Shown: positions 1 to 10,023, counted from the stretch's first letter. The stretch: 64,000 nucleotides of DNA from an uncultured Acidimicrobiia bacterium (GCA_964614095.1 CAZTJO010000005.1:19731-83730); one strand, 5' to 3'. Notes: a model not told the origin generated them from the sequence alone. Translations and numbers: made by a program.

Positions 1-2232
1 CAGCGAGCGGCCGAATCATTCCTCGACGCTCTCGCCACACCGACCGCCGACGGCCTCGCCTTTCGAGTCGATGCCGACCTCCGGCCCGAAGGCGCATCGG
101 GACCGCTGGCTCGCACCCTCAACTCCTACCGGTCCTACTGGGAACGCTGGGCGGACACCTGGGAGTTCCAGGCCCTCATGAAGGCGCGCCTCGCCGCCGG
201 CGACAAGGACCTGGGCGCGGCTTTCCTCAAAGCGGCAGAGCCGTTCGTTTATCCCGAGACTCTGGGCGCCGACGCCGTCCACGAGGTGCGCTCACTCAAG
301 GCCCGCGCCGAGGCGTTGGCCGAGCGCCAAGGTGGCATCGAGATCAAACGCGGCGTCGGGGGAATCCGCGATGCCGAGTTTGCCGTGCAGCTCCTTCAGC
401 TAGTTCACGGCCGCAGCGATCCCAATCTGCGCTCGGGCAACACGCTGCACGCCCTCGAGGTCTTGCGCCGTGCCGGATACGTGCGGCCCGACGACGCCGT
501 CGCCCTCGAAGAGGCATACCGCTGGCTCCGCGACGTCGAGCACCGGCTGCAGATCGTCGAACTTCGCCAAACCCACGAGCTTCCGACCAGTCCCCCCGAA
601 CGCGACCGAATCGCCAAGTCCATGGGCTTCCGAGACGACACCGAGGCCACCGCTCTCGAAAGATTCGAGGCCGAGTTGGTGGAGCGACGGGCCGCCATCC
701 GCACCATTCACGAAAGGCTCTTCTACCGCCCACTCCTTGAGGCGTACGCCGAATCGCCTGCAGTGCAACTGACTGCCGACGGTGCAGCCCGACAGCTGGC
801 CGCTCTCGGCTTTGTCGATCTCGAAGGAGCCAAGCGCGCCTTCGCCGATCTCACCACCGGGCTCTCCCGGCGCAGCAGGCTCATGCAGCAGCTGCTCCCT
901 CTCATGATGGATTGGCTGTCCCAGGCGCCTAATCCGGACCTGGGGCTGGCCCAGCTGCGACTCCTGGTCACGTCGACTCCCGACAATGCCCTTCTGGTAT
1001 CGGCAATGCGCGACAACCCGGTCGCCGCCGAACGGCTATGCACCCTTCTCGGCACCGGCAGACTCCTCGGCCGGCTACTCGATCGTATTCCGCCGACAAT
1101 GTCGCGCCTCGGCGACGACGAAGGTCTTGCCGCCTTTCCCTCGCCCGAAGCTCTCGCGGCCGAGGCCGAGCGCCGACTCACCCTGCGCTCCGAAGATGAC
1201 ACCGCACCCGATGCCCTGCGCCGTTTTGCCGAGGCGCATCTCCTGTGGATCGCGGGTCAGGACCTTGTCGGACACATAGACGAGATCCTCATTGGCTCGC
1301 GCTTGTCGAATCTGGCCGACGCCGCCGTCGAGGCGGCCCTCTCCCTGGCGATACACCAACTACAGCGCGAGGGCCTGGAGCCCCCGCCGATGGCAGTCAT
1401 CGCCTTCGGCAAGTGGGGCGGCCGCGAGCTCAATTACGGTTCCGACCTCGACGCCATGGCCGTGTTCCGATCCGGCAGCGAGAACGACGCCGAAAACGCG
1501 GCCCGCGTGGTGGAGAATCTGCTGGGCATCCTCACTCCGGGAGCAACCGTATGGCCCGGCCTGGCCATGGACCTCGACCTGCGGCCCGAGGGCCGAAAAG
1601 GCCCCATCGCCCGCTCGCTCGAGGCCTTCCTCACCTACTGGGCCCGATGGGCCGACACCTGGGAGCTTCAGGCCCTGCTGCGAGCCCGCGCTGCCGCCGG
1701 CGACCGCGATCTTGGTGCCGAGTTTGTGGCCTCCGCCCAGGGGCGTCTCTTCAGCGGCGGCCTCGGTGCGGAGGCCGAACGCAACATAAGGAGAATGAAG
1801 GCGCGGGTCGAAAACGAACGTATCCCCTCCGATGAGGACCCCGAGTACCACATGAAGCTCGGCCGGGGTGGAATGTCCGACGTCGAATGGCTGGTGCAGC
1901 TCCTACAGCTGCGGCACGGCGCAGAGACTCCACTGCTGCGGAGTGCCAGCACCCTGGCCGGGCTGAGCGCTCTCGAAGGTGCCGGCCTCCTGGGCAGCGA
2001 GGACGCCGGGATCCTCGAAGCGTCCTATCGCTTCTGCGCCCGGGTGCGGAACCGGCTCTTCCTCCAGGTAGGACGCCCCCGGGACTCGCTGCCGACCGAC
2101 CCAGCAGAGGTGACGAGACTCGCCCGCTCTCTCGGCTATGTCCGCCACCCTCGAGCCACGTTACGCGAGGAGTACCGCCGACTCACCCGAAGAGCCCGGC
2201 GCGTCTTCGAGGCACGTTTCTACGAGCGGTAG
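1..2232 (+). CDS. glnE: Bifunctional glutamine synthetase adenylyltransferase/adenylyl-removing enzyme (5' truncated by window)
   Basis: Frame is open from base 1 (QRAAESFLDALATPTADGLAFRVDADLRPEGASGPLAR). Two homologous nucleotidyltransferase repeats (DLRPEG..GP.AR, W..WA.TWE.QAL..AR, GKWGGRELNYGSDLD, K.G.GG..D.E..VQLLQL). Confidence 0.95.
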   Translation, partial: QRAAESFLDALATPTADGLAFRVDADLRPEGASGPLARTLNSYRSYWERWADTWEFQALMKARLAAGDKDLGAAFLKAAEPFVYPETLGADAVHEVRSLKARAEALAERQGGIEIKRGVGGIRDAEFAVQLLQLVHGRSDPNLRSGNTLHALEVLRRAGYVRPDDAVALEEAYRWLRDVEHRLQIVELRQTHELPTSPPERDRIAKSMGFRDDTEATALERFEAELVERRAAIRTIHERLFYRPLLEAYAESPAVQLTADGAARQLAALGFVDLEGAKRAFADLTTGLSRRSRLMQQLLPLMMDWLSQAPNPDLGLAQLRLLVTSTPDNALLVSAMRDNPVAAERLCTLLGTGRLLGRLLDRIPPTMSRLGDDEGLAAFPSPEALAAEAERRLTLRSEDDTAPDALRRFAEAHLLWIAGQDLVGHIDEILIGSRLSNLADAAVEAALSLAIHQLQREGLEPPPMAVIAFGKWGGRELNYGSDLDAMAVFRSGSENDAENAARVVENLLGILTPGATVWPGLAMDLDLRPEGRKGPIARSLEAFLTYWARWADTWELQALLRARAAAGDRDLGAEFVASAQGRLFSGGLGAEAERNIRRMKARVENERIPSDEDPEYHMKLGRGGMSDVEWLVQLLQLRHGAETPLLRSASTLAGLSALEGAGLLGSEDAGILEASYRFCARVRNRLFLQVGRPRDSLPTDPAEVTRLARSLGYVRHPRATLREEYRRLTRRARRVFEARFYER

Positions 2233-2254
2233 CCAGCGCCGACGACGGGCTACC

Positions 2255-3463
2255 ATGCCGGCGCTTCGGAGCGCCATGGTCGATCACGTCAAACACATCA
2301 GATCCCTTATCGACGAGGAGGCCACCAGCGCCATCGAGTTGCGCCGCGCTCTGCACCGCCATCCGGAACCGGCCTGGCAGGAATTCCGCACCACCGAAAC
2401 GGTCGCAGCGTCCCTAACCGCATCCGGCCTCAAGCCACAACTGCGGGAGGGAGGTACCGGCCTCAGCGTGGAAGTGGGAGCGAACGATGGTCCAATGGTC
2501 GCCTTCCGCGCCGATCTGGACGCCCTCCCCATCACCGAAGAGAACCCCGCGCCGTATGCCTCCGAGGTGCCCGGTGTGATGCATGCCTGCGGCCACGACG
2601 TGCATACCGCCATCGCCACCGGGATCGCCCGCGTGCTCGGCCACATCGACAATCTGCCCGGCCGGGTGCGGATCGCCTTCCAACCGGCCGAGGAGACGGT
2701 TTCCGGCGGGGCCATCAGCCTCATCGCCGACGGTGTCCTCAAGGACGTCTCGGCCATCTTCGCCTTCCACGTCGATCCATCGATCCCGGCCGGCACCGTT
2801 GGTGTGCGCGCCGGAGCCATCACCGGCGCCTGTGATCGACTCCAGGTCATTCTCGGCGGGCCCGGCGGCCATACTTCCCGGCCTCACCTCACCGTCGACC
2901 TTGTTCAGGCCGCCGCCCGACTCGCCGACACACTGCCCTCGCTGCTTCAGCGCGCTATCGATCCACACCACCCCGTCGTGACTGTGTTCGGCCAAATCTC
3001 TGGTGGAAGCGCCGGCAACGTAATCCCAACGCGCGTCGAGATGGCCGGCACGGTTCGGCTCTTCGACACGGCAACGTGGCACTCCCTGCCGAAGTTGGTC
3101 GAGCGCCTGGTGCACGACATAGTCGCCCCCTTCGGCGCCGCCGTCACCATCCACTACGAGCGGGGTTCACCCCCGGTGGTAAACGACGCGGAGATCGTCA
3201 AAGTGCTGGGTGCCGCTATGAGCGAGGCCCTGGGCGCAGATGCGGTGCTGCCCACCCACCAGAGCATGGGATCCGAGGATTTTGCCTGGTATCTGGAGTC
3301 GGTTCCCGGTGCCCTCCTGCGCCTCGGGGCGGCCCTCCCCGAGGGTCGGACCGACCTCCACGCGGCCAACTTCGATATCGAAGAGCGTGCCATAGGCGCC
3401 GGCATTCTTGCCGGGACCATCGGGCTCCTGCGCCTCATTGAGGCCCAGGCCGCGGCCTCCTAG
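2255..3463 (+). CDS. M20D family amidohydrolase
   Basis: Motifs RADLDALP, MHACGHD, QPAEE, GGHTSRPH, GSEDF, LH. Start trimmed to ATG 2255 (or 2276) because the listed ORF overlaps glnE. Confidence 0.9.
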   Translation: MPALRSAMVDHVKHIRSLIDEEATSAIELRRALHRHPEPAWQEFRTTETVAASLTASGLKPQLREGGTGLSVEVGANDGPMVAFRADLDALPITEENPAPYASEVPGVMHACGHDVHTAIATGIARVLGHIDNLPGRVRIAFQPAEETVSGGAISLIADGVLKDVSAIFAFHVDPSIPAGTVGVRAGAITGACDRLQVILGGPGGHTSRPHLTVDLVQAAARLADTLPSLLQRAIDPHHPVVTVFGQISGGSAGNVIPTRVEMAGTVRLFDTATWHSLPKLVERLVHDIVAPFGAAVTIHYERGSPPVVNDAEIVKVLGAAMSEALGADAVLPTHQSMGSEDFAWYLESVPGALLRLGAALPEGRTDLHAANFDIEERAIGAGILAGTIGLLRLIEAQAAAS

Positions 3464-4473
3464 GCCGACCTGCCCAACGCCCCGGCCAGAGCACGGATCT
3501 GTGACATCAGCTCGGTGAACTCCGTGGGAAGAATCGCTTGCGCTCCATCGACCAGGGCGGTCTCCGGGGCCGGGTGCACATCGACGAGGATGCCGTCGGC
3601 TCCGATCGCCACCGCCGATCGGGCCAGCGGAGACACTAGAAATCGATGACCACCTGAGTGCGACGGATCAACGATGATCGGAAGATGCGAGAGGCCCTTC
3701 ACCACCGGGATCGCCGAGATGTCGAGAGTGTTGCGGGTCCGACCTTCAAAGGTGCGTATGCCCCTCTCGCAAAGCACGATGTGGTGGTTGCCCTCCTTGT
3801 AGATGTACTCGGCGGCGTTGAGCCACTCGTCGATGGTGGCGGTGAAACCCCGCTTGAGCAGCACCGGCTTCGGCTGGCGGCCCAGCTCCGCCAGCAGGGT
3901 GAAGTTGGCCATGTTGCGGGTACCGATGCGAAGAAGATCGGCGTAAGACGCCACCAGCTCGACGTGGCGCGGGTCGACAACCTCGGCGACAAACGGCAGG
4001 CCGAACTCATCTCTGGCCTCGGCCAGCAGCTTCAGGCCATCCTCCCCGAGGCCCTGGAAGGTGTAGGGGGAGGTGCGCGGCTTGAAGGCGTCACCTCGCA
4101 AGATCGACGCCCCCGCTTCTTTGACTGCGGCCGCAGCAGCGAAGAGTTGCCCCCGGCTCTCCACGGCGCACGGACCTGCCATGACAACAAACTTGGGGCC
4201 GCCGACCGGGATTCCCCCGACATCTATGACCGAATCCTTCTCCTGGAACTCCCGGCTCACAAACTTGAAGGGGGTCAGCACGGGCACAGCCCGCTCGACA
4301 CCGGGAAAAGCCTCCCAGGGCAGTTGCTGTATGTGAGCCCGATCTCCCACCGCGCCGATGACGGTGCGAAGCTGGCCCTGCGACACGTGCGCTTCGGCAC
4401 CGATCTCCCGCAGCCTCTCCACCACGTGCGCCACGTCCTCGTCGGTCGAGCCGTGCTTCATCACGATGATCAA
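3460..4473 (-). CDS. aroF: 3-deoxy-7-phosphoheptulonate (DAHP) synthase, type I-beta with N-terminal regulatory domain
   Basis: AGPCAVES, FKPRTSPY.FQGLG, IGTRNM.NF.LL, LLKRG, LCERGIRTF, DPSH. N-terminal MIIVMK ferredoxin-like domain; TTG start inferred at 4473. Confidence 0.93.
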   Translation of the reverse strand: MIIVMKHGSTDEDVAHVVERLREIGAEAHVSQGQLRTVIGAVGDRAHIQQLPWEAFPGVERAVPVLTPFKFVSREFQEKDSVIDVGGIPVGGPKFVVMAGPCAVESRGQLFAAAAAVKEAGASILRGDAFKPRTSPYTFQGLGEDGLKLLAEARDEFGLPFVAEVVDPRHVELVASYADLLRIGTRNMANFTLLAELGRQPKPVLLKRGFTATIDEWLNAAEYIYKEGNHHIVLCERGIRTFEGRTRNTLDISAIPVVKGLSHLPIIVDPSHSGGHRFLVSPLARSAVAIGADGILVDVHPAPETALVDGAQAILPTEFTELMSQIRALAGALGRSA

Positions 4474-4660
4474 GGTGTCGTCACCCCCTCGGGGCACATT
4501 ACTCCTCACCCTTGCCGAGCCTTTCGAGCCGGCGAGTCACCGGCGCCTCGTCAATGGCCCGAAACGCCAGGATAGGACGTTGTGGAGCCACCCCGGACGG
4601 CGTCGGCAAGCCCGTCCGCCCACAAGAACGATCAAGCCCTCACCGGGCCGGATCGGTCTG

Positions 4661-5065
4661 TTAGTACTCAACCACCGGGGGCAGCTTCCTGGCGTGATCC
4701 ACCCAGCGCTCAACCATTGATTCCGTGGGGAGGCGTCGCACGAGCCTCTTGCGGTCGTTGACCTCGGCCATGGCGACAGTCAAGTTCGCCGCTCGCCGGG
4801 TGCGCAGCTCCTTTACGGTGTCCACACCAGCTGCTTCGAGCAGGTCGGAGTACTCCTCACCCACCCCCTTGACCCGCATGAGATCGGCCCGATTCACCCA
4901 CTCCAAAATCATATGCTGACTGAGGCCGGTGGCCTCACTCAGCTCCTTGCGGCCCTTTCGCGTCGCACCGCGTCTGAGCAGAGCTTCAGTCGTCCGGACC
5001 TTCACCTTGCGCAGCGTGCGACCGTACTGGACACCAATCCCTTCGATGGTGTCAATAGAAGCCAT
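4661..5065 (-). CDS. DUF4332 family helix-hairpin-helix protein
   Basis: I..IEGIG..Y and WVNRADLMRVKGVGEEYSDLLEAAGVDTVKEL motifs; AGGAG RBS before ATG 5065. Confidence 0.85.
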   Translation of the reverse strand: MASIDTIEGIGVQYGRTLRKVKVRTTEALLRRGATRKGRKELSEATGLSQHMILEWVNRADLMRVKGVGEEYSDLLEAAGVDTVKELRTRRAANLTVAMAEVNDRKRLVRRLPTESMVERWVDHARKLPPVVEY

Positions 5066-5173
5066 GGCGCTCCTTTCCAGAGGTTCCGGCAGTCGAGCCA
5101 AGCCTTCCTGCTTGGCCGACGCGAGCGCAGAATACAGGTTTGGCTTGGCAAGCTGCCGAGTGCAAACACCCGA

Positions 5174-5782
5174 TCAGCGGTCCCGCTCCTCGAGATCCTC
5201 CAGAACATCGATGTCGGCCGGAGGCAAGTGGTCGAACCTCACTTCCTTCACCCACTGCGGATGCGCCTTCAGCAAACCGGCCGCTCCTTGATCCCCGGTG
5301 AGGCCGGCAAGCCGCGTCCACAACGGCCGGGCCACAAGCACCGGGTTCCCCCGCTGGTAGCGGTACACGGGTACCACCGCCGGCCGTCCGCTGCTCTCCA
5401 TCATCTCCAACAGGCCCGGCGGCACATCGGCAGGGATCTCCGGTTGATCGCCCAAGGCCATAAACGCGCTTTCGGGAGTCCGCTCCCGCATGACCACATC
5501 GATCCCGACTCTGATGGAAGACGCCAGCCCCTCTTCCCATTCTGGATTCACCGCAGCCACTGCATCCCCAAACTCGACCTTCTCCAGGATTTCGTCGGCT
5601 GCGCAGCCGAGCACTACAACAAGAAGATCGACCGGCCACCCGGCCACCATGGCGATCACGTGCTCCAGTAGAGGGCGTCCGTGCCACTCCACAAGCTGCT
5701 TGGGCTGACCCATGCGGCGCGCCCCACCGGCGGCGAAGACGACCGCGGCTGCAAACATTGGGGCTACCTTCTTTCGGCTCAT
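5174..5782 (-). CDS. Nucleotidyltransferase family protein (MocA-like molybdenum cofactor cytidylyltransferase)
   Basis: AAG..RRMG.PKQL, NP.W.EGLASSI, LGDQP, GNPV, GDQGA, DID motifs. Confidence 0.85.
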   Translation of the reverse strand: MSRKKVAPMFAAAVVFAAGGARRMGQPKQLVEWHGRPLLEHVIAMVAGWPVDLLVVVLGCAADEILEKVEFGDAVAAVNPEWEEGLASSIRVGIDVVMRERTPESAFMALGDQPEIPADVPPGLLEMMESSGRPAVVPVYRYQRGNPVLVARPLWTRLAGLTGDQGAAGLLKAHPQWVKEVRFDHLPPADIDVLEDLEERDR

Positions 5783-5859
5783 TCACGTTAGCCAGCAGGC
5801 CGACCGCCCCGACGCGGGCGACTCCGCGAGGACCGGGCGAAGTTGCCCCTCCGTCGCGC

Positions 5860-7011
5860 CTACGCGCCCCGCAACCCGGCGACGGCAAACCGGACCGTCG
5901 CTCCAATCTCTATCTCGGTCAACAGAGTCTCAGCGACCAGATAGCGCACCGACCCTCCGTCGGCGCGAGCTCGTTCGGCGACGGCATCAAAAAGATCCGC
6001 CACAGCCCGCGTCTTCGCCCCACAAGCGGCGCACTCGTCCCCAGAGCGGGCCAGCCAATCACAGTTGGTGCACGCAACCCCGGGCAGAGTCTCCTTGGCG
6101 TCGACAAGAAGCCGTTCGATCGCCTTCTGGTTGGCCGCATCGAGCACCCTGTCGAGTCCAAGCACGCCCCGACCGCGCGAGCCCGCCGCCTCCATGAGGT
6201 TGGCGACATATTCCTCATCGGCCCGGCAATCAAAGGCGGCGGCCACTTCGCGGCACCGGTCCCTGATCTCCATCGGACTCGCCGTGTGCGGATCGATGAC
6301 AAAGGTTCCCGCCAGGCGGGACAGAAGATCCGGTGCCAGCTCGTCGACAAGGGCGTCGATGTTGGCCTGGCTTCCTCCGATGGCGAGCAGATCGAAGGCT
6401 TCGTCACGCCACAGCTCTGCAATCCGTGCCGCTGCGGCGCGAAACAGGCGCCGCGCCACGGTCTCTGCGTGAGCCCGCACTCGGCGCTCGGCGAATCCCT
6501 CAAAACCGCCGAAATTGTCTTTTCGCACCTCCTCCTCGGCGAACACCTCCCAGGACTCCAGAACTCCCAAGTGGAAGCGATACACGGATGCAATCCGGCG
6601 GTCTATCACGATGGCGCAGTACCGGTGGAAACGATCGAGAATCGCCTCCAGCGGACCCAGATACGGGGACACATCAACAACGGCCCTGTCACGTACCCGC
6701 ACCGGCAGATTCAGATGCTCGTTCAAGCCGGCGCCGGAACACAAGAAGATGGCAGCGCCCCGGCCGAGGTCGACACCAATCCGGCTGGCCATCCCCAGGG
6801 CCTCATCGAGGTCCCGATGCAGGGCTCTCATCTCACCCTCGGGCACATCACCGCCCAGCTGATCTCGGAGAGGGTGCACCAGGGCCTTGAGCCTCGTGGT
6901 GATGGATCGGAGCTGGTCGCGGTCGGGCTCCAGGCCGAGGTAGAGAGAGAGTATGGGTTGGCCGGCGGTGTCGAAGCTGCGCAAACGATCGATGGTGCTC
7001 CGATCGAGCAA
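5860..7011 (-). CDS. Bacterial aeRF1/eRF1-like (baeRF) protein, lacking GGQ
   Basis: N-terminal LSLYL domain, RNaseH-like middle domain, C-terminal L7Ae-like domain (GVLGLDRVLDAANQKAIERLLV...IGATVRF) with CxxC..CxxC. The loop reads DNFGGFEG. Confidence 0.75.
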   Translation of the reverse strand: MLDRSTIDRLRSFDTAGQPILSLYLGLEPDRDQLRSITTRLKALVHPLRDQLGGDVPEGEMRALHRDLDEALGMASRIGVDLGRGAAIFLCSGAGLNEHLNLPVRVRDRAVVDVSPYLGPLEAILDRFHRYCAIVIDRRIASVYRFHLGVLESWEVFAEEEVRKDNFGGFEGFAERRVRAHAETVARRLFRAAAARIAELWRDEAFDLLAIGGSQANIDALVDELAPDLLSRLAGTFVIDPHTASPMEIRDRCREVAAAFDCRADEEYVANLMEAAGSRGRGVLGLDRVLDAANQKAIERLLVDAKETLPGVACTNCDWLARSGDECAACGAKTRAVADLFDAVAERARADGGSVRYLVAETLLTEIEIGATVRFAVAGLRGA

Positions 7012-7210
7012 CGCACCTCCTACCTAGTTGCCCCGAGCCTACGCCGCCCGTGGTGTTCTACGCGGCCCGAGGCGGAATCTGCGCGAGTCACCGCATGCAT
7101 TGCCGACCCATCCTCCATACGGCAACGTCGCTGCAGTCACGGTCCTTTAGACCCTGTAGATCGCGGTCCAACCATGCCAGGCTGGAGGCAACAACAGGGA
7201 GGTGACCGCC

Positions 7211-8347
7211 GTGATCATCGGTGTCCCTGCCGAGATCAAGTCCGACGAGTACCGCGTTGCCATGACTCCCGTCGGCGTGCGCGAACTCACTGCCCACGGC
7301 CACAAGGTGGTCATCGAGCGAGGAGCCGGTGCGGCTTCATCAATCGGAGACGACGACTACCGCCGTGTCGGCGCCGAGGTCGTTCCCAATACAGCCGATG
7401 TCCTTGCTGCCGCCAACCTCATCGTGAAGGTCAAGGAACCACAGCCCGCGGAAATCGCCCTCCTCGAGCCACGACACATCATCTTCACATATCTGCACCT
7501 CGCCGCCTACAGCGATGTGGCCAAAGGCCTGGTCTCCTCGGGAGCGACCGCCGTCGCCTACGAGACGGTGCAGCTCCCGGACGGTTCGCTACCACTGCTG
7601 GCTCCGATGAGTGAAATTGCCGGCCGTATGGCGGCCCAGGCCGGGGCACATCACCTGGAGCGACCCAACGGTGGGCGCGGGATCTTGATGGGAGGGGTGC
7701 CGGGCGTCCCTCCAGCTGAGGTCACCGTGCTGGGCGCAGGCATGGCCGGCACGAACGCGGCGATGATCGCCGCCGGCATGGGAGCCCATGTCTCCATTCT
7801 CGACATCAACGTCGACCGACTGCGCCACCTCGACGAGCTCTCCTGGGGTCGCATCGTCACCGTGCGCTCCTCGATCCACGCCGTCGAGGAGTATGTGTCC
7901 AAATCAGATCTGGTCATCGGGGCAGTGCTGATACCGGGGGCCCGCGCACCCGTGCTCGTAGACGAGGGCCTCGTTGCCGGCATGCGGCCCGGAAGCGTCA
8001 TCGTCGACATCTCCATCGACCAGGGCGGATGTGTGGCAACGGCGCGCGAAACCACCCACCACGATCCCATCTACGTCACCCACGATGTCGTGCACTACTG
8101 CGTCGGCAATATCCCCGGCGCGGTTCCGAACACGGCCACCTATGCCCTCAGCAACGCCACCCTTCCCTACGTTGTCGCCCTCGCCCAAGGCATCCCGGCC
8201 GCCGTTGCGACGCACCCGGAATTGCTGGGTGGCCTCGAGATCATCAACGGCCACGTCACCCATGAGGTCGTGGCCAAATCCCTCGGAACCGAATACATCA
8301 ATCCTGTGGAACTGCTCGCCAGGAGCGTCACCAAAACCGCCAGCTAG
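7211..8347 (+). CDS. ald: Alanine dehydrogenase
   Basis: IGVPAEIK..EYRVA, VKVKEP, FTYLHLA, LLAPMSEIAGR, IVDISIDQGGC, HYCVGNIPGAVP. GGGAGG RBS before GTG 7211. Confidence 0.96.
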   Translation: MIIGVPAEIKSDEYRVAMTPVGVRELTAHGHKVVIERGAGAASSIGDDDYRRVGAEVVPNTADVLAAANLIVKVKEPQPAEIALLEPRHIIFTYLHLAAYSDVAKGLVSSGATAVAYETVQLPDGSLPLLAPMSEIAGRMAAQAGAHHLERPNGGRGILMGGVPGVPPAEVTVLGAGMAGTNAAMIAAGMGAHVSILDINVDRLRHLDELSWGRIVTVRSSIHAVEEYVSKSDLVIGAVLIPGARAPVLVDEGLVAGMRPGSVIVDISIDQGGCVATARETTHHDPIYVTHDVVHYCVGNIPGAVPNTATYALSNATLPYVVALAQGIPAAVATHPELLGGLEIINGHVTHEVVAKSLGTEYINPVELLARSVTKTAS

Positions 8348-8568
8348 GCGCGTGACTCCTCCGAACGCGCTGTCGACTCCAAACGCTGGGCATTGAGCCA
8401 GTCCTCAAAATCACGCCGAGCGACCCGCCATTCCCGGCCCATCTTCACCGCCGGCAACTCACCTGAGCGCAGTGTCCGCGTCACCACAAAGGCGGACACC
8501 TCCATGTACTCACAGATATCGGCAACGGACAGCCACTCCTTGCCGAGTTCCACCGAAATCCGCTCCAT
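8344..8568 (-). CDS. Small excisionase/MerR-like HTH DNA-binding protein
   Basis: WLSVADICEYMEVS..VV.R.LRSGELPAVKMGREWRV matches the HTH_17 pattern. Start set at ATG 8568. Confidence 0.8.
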   Translation of the reverse strand: MERISVELGKEWLSVADICEYMEVSAFVVTRTLRSGELPAVKMGREWRVARRDFEDWLNAQRLESTARSEESRA

Positions 8569-8631
8569 GACCCCAGAGTATTTGCGGCGGAGATCGGCGG
8601 CAAGGCCGACGGCGTACACTTGGCCGCCAAC

Positions 8632-9672
8632 ATGGCCCAGCAGAAGCGCAAGAAAAAGAAGCGCAGCCGTCACGATCCGACACGCAGAGAGGCGGCGCGG
8701 CGACGTGAAGAGGCTCGCCAGCAGGCGGCGGAGGAGCGGCGCCGCCAGCAGGAGGCGGAAGAGCGGCGCTCCAAACTGAAAAGACGGACCCGGCGCCTGG
8801 TGATCCCGGTTCTTGGCACCATTGCCGTGTTTGTCGTTGCCCTCACCCTATTTCGTCCCCCTCCGGAGCTCGACGGGGTAGCCTCCTTCGCCAGCCCCAA
8901 TGCCCTCATGTCCGAGCTGGGTTACCAAGGCGAGTGGACCGAACGCGACCCGGACCTGCTCCCCGCCCCGCAATGCGGGCGCACAGACGAAGCGCTTCCC
9001 GGCATCGAGGCCTACTCGTCGATGTACAACGGCCTCATCACCCTGTGGTATCAGCCCGATGGCGAGGTGAACGACGAAGAAATATGGGCCGCTCTGTCCG
9101 AAATCGACAATTACAACCAACAAGTCCTCGTCGCTCCCAACACTGCCATCGAGGCACCTGTCGTTGCCGCCTCCTGGAACCGCCTCGCCGAGTACGAGAA
9201 TACCGAGAACCTCGCCGATTACGTCCAAACGTACCTTCGCCACCGAGGCCCCGGAAGAGAAGCCTGCCTGGCCGAATTCGCGGAAGCAGGCTCGATCCTG
9301 GTCACCTACGGCTATGCGGGCGACTGGGCCAGCACCGATCCCGACACCATGCCGGAGCCGATGTGCGGCCAGTCCGACGCCACAATCACCGGGGCCGAGA
9401 TCTACTCCGCGCTCTACAACGGAGCCGTCATCCTGTGGCACGCGAGTGATGACCAGAACACCATCGACAAGCTCATTGAGATCGCCTCCACCTTCGAATC
9501 ACAGGTGCTTGTTGTTCCCAACGACAACCTGCAGGTGCCGGTTCTGGCCGTCGCCTGGAACCGAGCCATGGCCTTCGAGAACACAGACCGTGTCGCCGAC
9601 TTCATCGGCGCCTACCAACACCGAGGCCCCGGCGACGCGGAGTGCCCGGCTGGCTTCGCCGGCGGAAGCTGA
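8632..9672 (+). CDS. Membrane-anchored protein with two tandem DUF3105-like domains
   Basis: K/R-rich cytoplasmic N-terminus and one TM helix, then two repeats of CG...G.I.LWY...VLV.PN...P..A.SWNR...GPG..C. Confidence 0.65.
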   Translation: MAQQKRKKKKRSRHDPTRREAARRREEARQQAAEERRRQQEAEERRSKLKRRTRRLVIPVLGTIAVFVVALTLFRPPPELDGVASFASPNALMSELGYQGEWTERDPDLLPAPQCGRTDEALPGIEAYSSMYNGLITLWYQPDGEVNDEEIWAALSEIDNYNQQVLVAPNTAIEAPVVAASWNRLAEYENTENLADYVQTYLRHRGPGREACLAEFAEAGSILVTYGYAGDWASTDPDTMPEPMCGQSDATITGAEIYSALYNGAVILWHASDDQNTIDKLIEIASTFESQVLVVPNDNLQVPVLAVAWNRAMAFENTDRVADFIGAYQHRGPGDAECPAGFAGGS

Positions 9673-9762
9673 CAGCATCTGAATGTGCCAACGGCCGGCG
9701 GATCGGACTGGCGCTAAGTTCATGCCGAAGCGCAGCGGCCGAATCGGAGGAATCAGCAGCTT

Positions 9763-9966
9763 GTGACCGGCAAACCTCCAAAGGTTGTGCAGCTCGTCAG
9801 CGTGGCCGTGGCATGGGCCTCCGTTGCCGCGCTTCTCGTCTTTGTTCGCCGTGACCTGGAGCAACGCCCGGACACAGGCATCCGGGGGCGCAGGGAAGTG
9901 TGGCAGCGTGTCACCGTGCTCCCTCCGGGCGCCGTCGCCTATCTCCTGTTCGGGCGGCGCAGCTGA
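9763..9966 (+). CDS. Small PLDc N-terminal-like membrane protein
   Basis: 67 aa hydrophobic hairpin ending PGAVAYLLFGRR, typical of the family; GGAGG about 13 nt upstream of the GTG. Confidence 0.7.
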   Translation: MTGKPPKVVQLVSVAVAWASVAALLVFVRRDLEQRPDTGIRGRREVWQRVTVLPPGAVAYLLFGRRS

Positions 9967-9989
9967 ACATTCGGAAAATATCTCAAGCA

Positions 9990-10023
9990 TCACCTGACTA
10001 GTACCGAAGGACTAGTCAGGTGA
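9990..10023. repeat. Perfect 13-bp inverted repeat (8-nt loop)
   Basis: TCACCTGACTAGT-ACCGAAGG-ACTAGTCAGGTGA, read directly from the sequence. Confidence 0.85.

Noticed and set aside
5758-7614. 618-aa + strand ORF, and similar long alternative ORFs (13750-15288, 24785-26008, 42253-43629, 48928-50619, 55559-56788)
   Set aside because: They lie antisense to or overlap well-supported genes, have no motifs and are R/P/G/H-rich: shadow ORFs typical of high-GC DNA.
8344-8568. Excisionase-like HTH as a sign of a prophage or ICE
   Set aside because: No integrase, att-like tRNA, or phage/conjugation genes nearby; such HTH genes are common stand-alone regulators.
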